From Sulfurihydrogenibium sp. (GTDB taxonomy: Bacteria > Aquificota > Aquificia > Aquificales > Hydrogenothermaceae), in NCBI GenBank assembly GCA_037442825.1, contig JBBIPN010000014.1, positions 1-24,258 on the forward strand: a DNA stretch of 24,258 nt. The letters are read 5' to 3'. The notes beneath the pieces are model-generated. The model saw only the letters and a list, made by a program, of their open reading frames with translations, ran no database searches and was not told the origin of the DNA. The translations under genes and the position numbers were made by a program. Numbering within the stretch: the stretch's first letter is position 1; each line of letters opens with the position of its first letter. Shown here piece by piece: positions 18,132-24,258 of the stretch.

Positions 18132-18431
18132 TTATGCAGTGATAGGAGGCTTAAAGATTTCTTTTTTTAAGATTTTTAGATTAATTTGATACTTTAAAAT
18201 CGGTTTTTGAGATATTGAAAATTCTTTAAAAGAAAATGTTTTGTTTTGATTTTCAATATAGTGCATATGTAGTGTTTCATGAACATTTTCTAATGAGTTT
18301 GGTATTTCAGTTTCTTTCTCATATGTATAAGAAGATTTTGAAATACTTTCCTCAGCAACAATAATCACATAATCATGAAAAACATTAAACCCTATAGCAA
18401 ACAAAAATAAAACTATAAAAATTTTTTTCAA
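18132..18431 (-). CDS. Small exported His-containing protein upstream of the metal RND operon (CzcI-like leader)
   Basis: 99 aa with a signal-peptide-like N-terminus (MKKIFIVLFLFAIG), VFHD and VHETLHMH His motifs, C-terminal IFKPPITA; TTG start. Confidence 0.7.
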   Translation of the reverse strand: MKKIFIVLFLFAIGFNVFHDYVIIVAEESISKSSYTYEKETEIPNSLENVHETLHMHYIENQNKTFSFKEFSISQKPILKYQINLKILKKEIFKPPITA

Positions 18432-18461
18432 GTTAGTTCTCTAAATATTAATCCTAATAAA

Positions 18462-18470
18462 ATTATACCA
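18462..18470 (-). promoter_or_regulatory. Extended -10 promoter for the leader ORF and RND operon
   Basis: TGgTATAAT on the minus strand, ~30 nt upstream of the leader ORF start. Confidence 0.55.
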
Positions 18471-18545
18471 TTATTAAATTAATTAAAGCAGAAAAATTTA
18501 TTGAACTTTATAATATTTATTCTAAAAAAAATTAAAGAGGTGATG

Positions 18546-19307
18546 ATGGTAGTAATTTTTGATGTAGATGGTGTTTTAATTGATGTTACAAAATCTTATC
18601 ACAATGCAATAAAAGATACTGTTGATCACTTTTCAAATAAAAACACACCACTAAATGAACTTCTTGATATAAAACTAACATTTGGTATAAATAACGATTG
18701 GGATGCATCTGTTGCTGGTATAATTTATGCATCATCTTATAAAGATTTAAATACATTTAAAGAGATTTTTAAACCATACAGCCAAAAACTTGAAGATTTT
18801 TATAAACTTGCAAAAGAATTAGAAATCAAACTTACATCTTATCAAGAACTTGTAGACTATTTTGAGTCAAGATATAAAATACACAGAGATAAAGAAGAGT
18901 TAATAATTCCTCATAATGTGCTATCAAATATTAGACAAATATCAGAAATAATGGGTGTTATTACTGGAAGACCATTTTCTGACCTTGACTATACATTTAA
19001 ACTTTTTGATTTATATAAGTACTTTGACTTTATAATAACAGAAGATGATATTCCTAATCCACATCTAAGAAAACCATCTTCCTATCCTCTAAAAATATTT
19101 TTTGAAAAGATAGAATACAAAAATCCTGTTTTTTATATAGGAGATACAGTTTCTGATTTAATGATGGTTTATAACTACAATAAAGAAGAAAATAAGAATG
19201 TTGAATTTATTCTTTACAAAAATAAACACAACTACAATTTACCTTCAAGGTACAAGGTAGAAAATCCAGAAGAAATTTTAAATATTATTAAAGGAGTAAA
19301 AAAATGA
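18546..19307 (+). CDS. HAD-superfamily IA hydrolase (TIGR01548-like)
   Basis: FDVDGVL.DV.KSY, NNDWD, ITGRP, KP and YIGDT..D motifs. Start is likely ATG 18543 or 18546 after GAGGTG, not TTG 18501. Confidence 0.85.
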   Translation: MVVIFDVDGVLIDVTKSYHNAIKDTVDHFSNKNTPLNELLDIKLTFGINNDWDASVAGIIYASSYKDLNTFKEIFKPYSQKLEDFYKLAKELEIKLTSYQELVDYFESRYKIHRDKEELIIPHNVLSNIRQISEIMGVITGRPFSDLDYTFKLFDLYKYFDFIITEDDIPNPHLRKPSSYPLKIFFEKIEYKNPVFYIGDTVSDLMMVYNYNKEENKNVEFILYKNKHNYNLPSRYKVENPEEILNIIKGVKK

Positions 19308-19951
19308 TAATAGCAATAGATGGCCCTGCTGGTTCGGGGAAAAGTACAGTCGCAAAACTATTAGCAGATAAGTTAGGTTATACGTATATAGATACTGGAG
19401 CTATGTATAGAGCAGCAGCTTTAAAGTTATCAAAATTAAACGTAGATTTAAACAATGAAGAAAAAATCATAAACATTTTAGAAAATACAGATATCATTCT
19501 TAACCAATCTCAAGTTTTACTTGATGGAGAAGATGTTTCTAAACTTATAAGAACGGAAGAAATAGGAAATATAGCATCAATAATAGCAAGATATCCAAAG
19601 GTTAGAAAATGGATGGTTAACCAACAGAGAGAATTAGGGTTAAAAGGGGAAGATGTAGTAATAGAAGGAAGGGATGCAGGAACAAAAATATTTCCAGATG
19701 CAGATTTAAAAATCTTTATGACAGCTTCACCAGAAGTTAGAGCAAAAAGGAGAGTAGAACAACTTAAAGAAAAAGGCTTTATAGTAGATTACAACCATAT
19801 ACTTCAAAAAATCATTGAAAGAGATAAACTTGATTATGAAAGAAAAGAATCTCCACTAAGACCTACAGAAGATTACATTAATATAGATACTACTGATAAA
19901 ACTATTGAAGAAGTTATTGATTTTATAATCTCATTGATAGAGAAAAAATGA
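19304..19951 (+). CDS. cmk: Cytidylate kinase
   Basis: IAIDGPAGSGKST, DTGAMYR, EGRD.GT.IFPDA and RD..D..R..SPL motifs. Confidence 0.97.
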   Translation: MIIAIDGPAGSGKSTVAKLLADKLGYTYIDTGAMYRAAALKLSKLNVDLNNEEKIINILENTDIILNQSQVLLDGEDVSKLIRTEEIGNIASIIARYPKVRKWMVNQQRELGLKGEDVVIEGRDAGTKIFPDADLKIFMTASPEVRAKRRVEQLKEKGFIVDYNHILQKIIERDKLDYERKESPLRPTEDYINIDTTDKTIEEVIDFIISLIEKK

Positions 19952-20712
19952 AAACTGTAGCATTACTTACAGATTTTGGCACAAAAGATGGTTTTGTTGG
20001 TTCTATGAAAGGCGTAATTTTAAATATAAATCCAGAAATAAATATTGTTGATATATCCCATGAAGTAGAGTCTTTTGACATTTTAGAAGGAAGCTTAATA
20101 ATCTATGCAACATATAAATACTTTCCAAAAGGTACTATATTTGTAAGTGTAGTAGATCCAGAGGTAGGTACAGAAAGGAAACCAATTGTTGTAAAAACAA
20201 AAGATTATACATTTTTAGCACCAGATAATGGAATACTTACATTAGCATTAAAAGACCAAAAAGTTGAAAAAATAGTAGAAATTAAAAATGAAAAATACAT
20301 ATTAAAAACAGATACAAACACATTTCATGGTAGAGATATATTTTCTCCAGTTGCAGCATACATTAGTAAAGGAGTAGATTTATCAGAAGTTGGTCCTGAA
20401 GTAGAAGACTTTATAAAATTAAATTTTCCTACTGTTTATAAAGAAAAAGATTTCTATGTAGCTAAAATAATAAAGTTTGATAAATTTGGTAATGCTATAA
20501 CAAATATAGAAACATTACCAGAAAATTTTGAGATAGAGTATAAAAACTTTACTATTACTAAAATTTCCAAAAATTTTTTAGAAGGAGATAAAAATAAACC
20601 AAACTTAATAAAAGGTAGTTTTGGCTTTTATGAGCTATTTGTTCCAAAAAATAGCTTTAAAGACAAATTTAGTGCTAAAGAAATGGAGAAAATCATTTTA
20701 AAAATTAAGTAA
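19948..20712 (+). CDS. SAM hydrolase / SAM hydroxide adenosyltransferase (DUF62, halogenase-fold family)
   Basis: LLTDFG..D, VVDPEVGTER, APDNG, TFHGRDIF and DKFGN motifs. The Asp-Arg-His triad indicates a hydrolase, not a fluorinase or chlorinase. Confidence 0.9.
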   Translation: MKTVALLTDFGTKDGFVGSMKGVILNINPEINIVDISHEVESFDILEGSLIIYATYKYFPKGTIFVSVVDPEVGTERKPIVVKTKDYTFLAPDNGILTLALKDQKVEKIVEIKNEKYILKTDTNTFHGRDIFSPVAAYISKGVDLSEVGPEVEDFIKLNFPTVYKEKDFYVAKIIKFDKFGNAITNIETLPENFEIEYKNFTITKISKNFLEGDKNKPNLIKGSFGFYELFVPKNSFKDKFSAKEMEKIILKIK

Positions 20713-20998
20713 CAGCAATTATCCAGTTATCTCCTAAGTCTCCAATTACTTCAAGTGTTGGATCATAGTTCTTTTTTAAATCATCTAAAATTAAGTATAA
20801 ATCTTCTATAAAATCTGGTGACGTTATTAAATCAAGTATTCCTTCTTTTCCATGTCTCGTTCGTGGCAATGTAATCCTATCATAACCATTCATAACCATA
20901 GATATAAAATTCATCTTTTCTGAATTACATTTTATAACCAAGTTGACACTTTTTTTAGGTACATCTTTTAATTGTTCCAATAAAGATTCACCAAACAT
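20705..20998 (-). CDS. Small conserved protein, DUF4911-like
   Basis: 97 aa with a GAGG RBS; the pattern F...M.GYD...RT.....G.L.L..SP recalls DUF4911 (from memory). Confidence 0.6.
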   Translation of the reverse strand: MFGESLLEQLKDVPKKSVNLVIKCNSEKMNFISMVMNGYDRITLPRTRHGKEGILDLITSPDFIEDLYLILDDLKKNYDPTLEVIGDLGDNWIIAVT

Positions 20999-21086
20999 TC
21001 AGTTAACCTCAATTATATTTATAAAACATTATTTTATCATTTTTTTAGCTTAGAATTTAGATTTTATAATTTTTTGCTATTTTTAC

Positions 21087-21115
21087 TTGACTTAAAAATC
21101 AAACAGTGTTATATT
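21087..21115 (+). promoter_or_regulatory. Sigma70 promoter of icd
   Basis: TTGACT (21087-21092), 17 bp, TATATT (21110-21115) with TG at 21107-21108; AAGGAGG RBS before ATG 21150. Confidence 0.7.
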
Positions 21116-21118
21116 TTT
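21094..21118. promoter_or_regulatory. Palindromic operator-like site, copy 1
   Basis: AAAAATCAAACA-G-TGTTATATTTTT; near-identical to the reverse complement of 23456-23480. Confidence 0.65.
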
Positions 21119-21149
21119 ATGCAAATTTTATTAAAAGGAGGTATTTTGT

Positions 21150-23390
21150 ATGTCAAAGGCAACTATATTGTGGACAAAAATCGATGAAGCTCCAGCGTTA
21201 GCAACTTATTCACTTTTACCAATCATGAGAGCATTTACAAAAGATTATGAGTTAGAGATAGAATTGAGAGATATTTCGTTAGCAGGTAGAGTTATAGCTC
21301 TATTTCCAGAATACCTAAGAGAAGACCAAAGAATATCTGATGAATTAGCTTATTTAGGAGAACTTGTTTTAAGACCTGAAGCAAACATTATTAAACTACC
21401 TAACATATCTGCATCAATTCCTCAGTTAATAGCTACAATAAAAGAACTTCAATCTCAAGGCTATAATTTACCAGACTTTCCAGAAGATCCAAAAACAGAA
21501 GAAGAAAAAGCTATTAGAGATAGATATATGAAAGCTGTAGGTTCAGTAGTTAACCCAGTTTTAAGACAAGGAAACTCTGACAGAAGATTGTCAAAATCTG
21601 TTAAAGAGTTTGCTAAGAAATATCCTCATAAAATGAAAGCTGTAAATCCAGACTCAAAGACTCATGTAGCTCATATGGTAAGTGGTGATTTTTATGAAAA
21701 TGAAAAATCAGTAACCATTAAAAAAGATACTGCAATAAGGTATGAATTTGTTGATGAAAATGGAAATGTCATAGTTTTAAAAGATAATCTTAAAGTTGGT
21801 ATTGGAGACGTAGTTGATGGTACATTTATGAGCAGAAAGAAGTTAAGAGATTTTTATGAAAAAGTATTACAGATAGCAAAAGAAGATGATATTTTATTTT
21901 CATTACACTTAAAAGCTACAATGATGAAAGTTTCAGACCCTGTAATGTTTGGAGATGCCATAAGAGTATACTTCAAAGAACTTTTTGAAAAACATGGTAA
22001 AGAGCTTGAAGAAATTGGATTTAATCCAAACAATGGATTATCAGACTTAGAAAGCAAACTTTCTAAACTACCAGAAGACAAACAAAAAGCTATTAAAGAT
22101 ACTATAGCTGAAATTTACAAAAAAAGACCAAGAATTTATATGGTAGATTCTGATAAAGGTATCACAAACTTACACAAACCAAATGATGTAATCGTTGATG
22201 CATCTGTACCAGCAATTATTAAAAATGGTTTACAAGGATGGGGGCCAAATGGTGAAGAAGATTATTGTGTAATCACAATCCCAGATAGAAACTATGTAAC
22301 TATGTACAAAGAAATAGTTGAAGACATCAAAACAAATGGGCAATTTGACCCTGTAACAGTAGGTAGTGTAGCAAACGTAGGATTAATGGCAATGGGAGCT
22401 GAAGAGTATGGTTCTCATGATAAAACATTCTTCCCACCAGCAGATGGAACTATCAGAATAGTAGACGAAGAAGGAAATGTACTAATCGAACACAAACTGG
22501 AAGCTGGTGATATATACAGAAGCTGTATTACAAGAGATATAGCAATTAGAGATTGGATAAAACTTGCAGTAAACAGAGCTAAAGAAAGTGGAGAACCTGT
22601 AGTATTCTGGTTAGATAAATACAGAGCTCACGATAGAGAACTTATAGGAAAAGTAAAAGAAGAGTTGCCAAAATACGATCTTTCTGATGTTGAGTGGTAT
22701 ATAAAAGCACCTGAAGATGCTATGAAATTTACATTAAAAAGATTTAGAGCTGGATTAAACACTATATCTGTTACAGGAAACGTTTTAAGAGACTACCTAA
22801 CAGACTTATTCCCAATTATTGAAGTTGGTACTTCTGCAAGATCTTTATCTATCGTTCCATTAATTGCAGGTGGTGGCGTATTTGAAACTGGAGCTGGTGG
22901 TTCTGCACCTAAACACGTAGAACAGTTTTTAAAAGAAGGACACTTAAGATGGGATAGCTTAGGAGAGTTTTTAGCATTTGTAGAATCATTAAAGTTAGCT
23001 TATAAACAATTAAAAACATTACACGGAAAAGATAATCCTAAAATCTTAGTTTTAGCTGAAACATTAGATCAAGCAATACAAAAATACCTTGAAAATAATA
23101 AAACTCCAGGTAGAAAAGTTGGTCAACTTGACAACAGAGGCTCTCATTTTTACCTTGCTATGTACTGGGCAGAAGCATTAGCAAACCAAAATAAAGATTC
23201 AGAACTTGCTAAAAAGTTTGAGAAAGTATTTGCAGAATTAAAACAAAATGAAGAGAAAATTTTAAAAGAAATTGCAGAAACTGAAGGAAAACCACAAGAT
23301 ATAGGTGGTTACTACCATCCAGATAATACAAAAGCTGAAAAAGCTATGAGACCAAGTGAAACATTCAACAAAATAATTGACTCAATATAA
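21150..23390 (+). CDS. icd: Monomeric NADP-dependent isocitrate dehydrogenase
   Basis: 746 aa with DEAPALAT, KLPNISAS, VNPVLRQGNSDRR, KATMMKVSDP, FETGAGGSAPKH and HLRWDSLGE motifs. Confidence 0.97.
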   Translation: MSKATILWTKIDEAPALATYSLLPIMRAFTKDYELEIELRDISLAGRVIALFPEYLREDQRISDELAYLGELVLRPEANIIKLPNISASIPQLIATIKELQSQGYNLPDFPEDPKTEEEKAIRDRYMKAVGSVVNPVLRQGNSDRRLSKSVKEFAKKYPHKMKAVNPDSKTHVAHMVSGDFYENEKSVTIKKDTAIRYEFVDENGNVIVLKDNLKVGIGDVVDGTFMSRKKLRDFYEKVLQIAKEDDILFSLHLKATMMKVSDPVMFGDAIRVYFKELFEKHGKELEEIGFNPNNGLSDLESKLSKLPEDKQKAIKDTIAEIYKKRPRIYMVDSDKGITNLHKPNDVIVDASVPAIIKNGLQGWGPNGEEDYCVITIPDRNYVTMYKEIVEDIKTNGQFDPVTVGSVANVGLMAMGAEEYGSHDKTFFPPADGTIRIVDEEGNVLIEHKLEAGDIYRSCITRDIAIRDWIKLAVNRAKESGEPVVFWLDKYRAHDRELIGKVKEELPKYDLSDVEWYIKAPEDAMKFTLKRFRAGLNTISVTGNVLRDYLTDLFPIIEVGTSARSLSIVPLIAGGGVFETGAGGSAPKHVEQFLKEGHLRWDSLGEFLAFVESLKLAYKQLKTLHGKDNPKILVLAETLDQAIQKYLENNKTPGRKVGQLDNRGSHFYLAMYWAEALANQNKDSELAKKFEKVFAELKQNEEKILKEIAETEGKPQDIGGYYHPDNTKAEKAMRPSETFNKIIDSI

Positions 23391-23411
23391 TTTAACAATC
23401 TTTCATTTCTC

Positions 23412-23451
23412 AACCCTTCCCTTAAAAATAGGGAAGGGTTTTTATTTTTTT
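23412..23451 (+). terminator. Intrinsic terminator after icd
   Basis: Perfect 11-bp stem AACCCTTCCCT (23412-23422) / AGGGAAGGGTT (23430-23440), followed by TTTATTTTTTT. Confidence 0.9.
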
Positions 23452-23455
23452 CTTA

Positions 23456-23480
23456 TAAAATAAAACAGTGTTTGATTTTT
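23456..23480. promoter_or_regulatory. Palindromic operator-like site, copy 2
   Basis: TAAAATAAAACA-G-TGTTTGATTTTT, overlapping the aclB -35. Confidence 0.65.
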
Positions 23481-23501
23481 TACTTAATAGTATGTTATAA
23501 T
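23472..23501 (+). promoter_or_regulatory. Sigma70 promoter of aclB
   Basis: TTGATT (23472-23477), 18 bp, TATAAT (23496-23501) with extended TG (23493-23494). Confidence 0.7.
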
Positions 23502-23516
23502 TTTAATCATAAAATA

Positions 23517-23581
23517 CCGCCTGCTGGGTTTTAAAGATACGGCGGAATAAAAGTAGCCCAGCCTGTAGTAAAAAACTACAG
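23517..23581 (+). ncRNA. Candidate structured 5' leader (pseudoknot plus hairpin) of aclB
   Basis: Three complementary pairs: CCGCC/GGCGG, GCTGGGTT/AGCCCAGC (crossing the first) and CTGTAGT/ACTACAG. GC-rich relative to the flanks. Confidence 0.55.
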
Positions 23582-23595
23582 ATGGAAGGGACAAA

Positions 23596-24258
23596 ATGGC
23601 ACAGAGAGGAATAAGAGAGTATGATGGAAAAAGAATTATAGCTCAAAATTGGAAAGATTACTTCCAAGATGCTTTTAACTATGAATTTAAATCTGTTTTA
23701 GTAACACCAGAGACAGATTTTGAAAAACTTCCTGAAGAATATCCTTGGTTAAAAGATACTCCATTAGTTGCAAAACCAGATATGCTTTTTGGAAAAAGGG
23801 GAAAGCTTGGATTAGTTCTTTTCAAAATTAATAAACCTGGTGATGTTACATATGAAGATGCAGTAAAATGGATTAAACAAAAAATGCAAGAAGAAGTAGA
23901 AATAAACGGTGTAAAAGGACATTTAACACATTTCCTTATAGAACCATTCGTACCTCATAAGCCAGAAGAAGAATACTATGTATCATTTTCTATGGGAGAT
24001 GATTATGATACTGTATATATGTCCGCCTTTGGTGGTATAGATGTAGAAGAAAACTGGGATAAAGTCGTAGAAGTTAAAATACCACCAACAGCATCAGATG
24101 AAGAAATTGAAAAATTAATAAAATCTAATACACCAAAAGAGATAAAAGATAAAGAAAAGTATAGTGATTTTGTAGTAAGAGCTTATAAAATGTTTAGAGA
24201 TTTACATTTTGTATACTTTGAAATAAACCCTCTTGTATTGGTTGGAAACAACGCTCAT
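23596..24258 (+). CDS. aclB: ATP citrate lyase beta subunit (3'-partial)
   Basis: Open frame to the window end: MAQRGIREYDGKR...PWL....LVAKPDMLFGKRGKLGLV...LTHFLIEPFVPH..EEYY...GGIDVEENWD...FEINPL. Confidence 0.93.
   Translation, partial: MAQRGIREYDGKRIIAQNWKDYFQDAFNYEFKSVLVTPETDFEKLPEEYPWLKDTPLVAKPDMLFGKRGKLGLVLFKINKPGDVTYEDAVKWIKQKMQEEVEINGVKGHLTHFLIEPFVPHKPEEEYYVSFSMGDDYDTVYMSAFGGIDVEENWDKVVEVKIPPTASDEEIEKLIKSNTPKEIKDKEKYSDFVVRAYKMFRDLHFVYFEINPLVLVGNNAH

Noticed and set aside
19948..20712. Fluorinase/chlorinase interpretation of the DUF62 gene
   Set aside because: It retains the Asp-Arg-His hydrolase triad and sits in a housekeeping context.
4140..22081. Other short ORFs (4140-4379, 4533-4721, 7290-7634, 9029-9244, 10792-11037, 12137-12376, 15707-15913, 16610-16897, 21854-22081)
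   Set aside because: Antisense to well-supported genes, with composition typical of shadow frames.
23414..23590. icd terminator 5' arm CCCTTCC is complementary to the aclB RBS GGAAGGG
   Set aside because: The arm is locked in an 11-bp local hairpin and lies upstream of the predicted aclB TSS.
23582..23614. Out-of-frame mini-ORF MEGTKWHREE overlapping the aclB start
   Set aside because: No RBS, and the start abuts a hairpin; no evidence of translation.

Overview
AT-rich, gene-dense core-genome window from a thermophilic Aquificota bacterium, most likely Hydrogenothermaceae (Sulfurihydrogenibium-like). This is inferred from the ATP citrate lyase gene, the monomeric IDH, the ~50-aa thermophile-type insert in SecA and the low GC. 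Gene order: trpG/pabA (partial), then on the minus strand alr, an NtrX-like regulator and a tautomerase; a membrane-anchored PilZ protein, dksA-like, lspA, secA; a thioredoxin-like gene and aroD; a ~440-bp non-coding gap; rplU-rpmA, epmA, tsaB and a short flgM; a heavy-metal RND operon (small leader ORF, czcC/B/A-like genes, AEC permease); HAD-cmk-DUF62, a DUF4911-like gene, icd and the 5' part of aclB (absent from the ORF track). I saw no tRNA, rRNA, transposase or CRISPR array. The most interesting signals are non-coding. (1) A 25-bp palindromic operator-like site is shared by the icd and aclB promoters, a candidate rTCA-cycle regulon. (2) The aclB 5' leader is GC-rich and can fold into a pseudoknot plus hairpin. 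(3) A secreted His-containing leader ORF has Pro-Pro codons complementary to the RBS of the metal-efflux operon. (4) A structured, CRISPR-leader-like element without an array lies between aroD and rplU. All calls come from motif recognition by eye; no searches were run.
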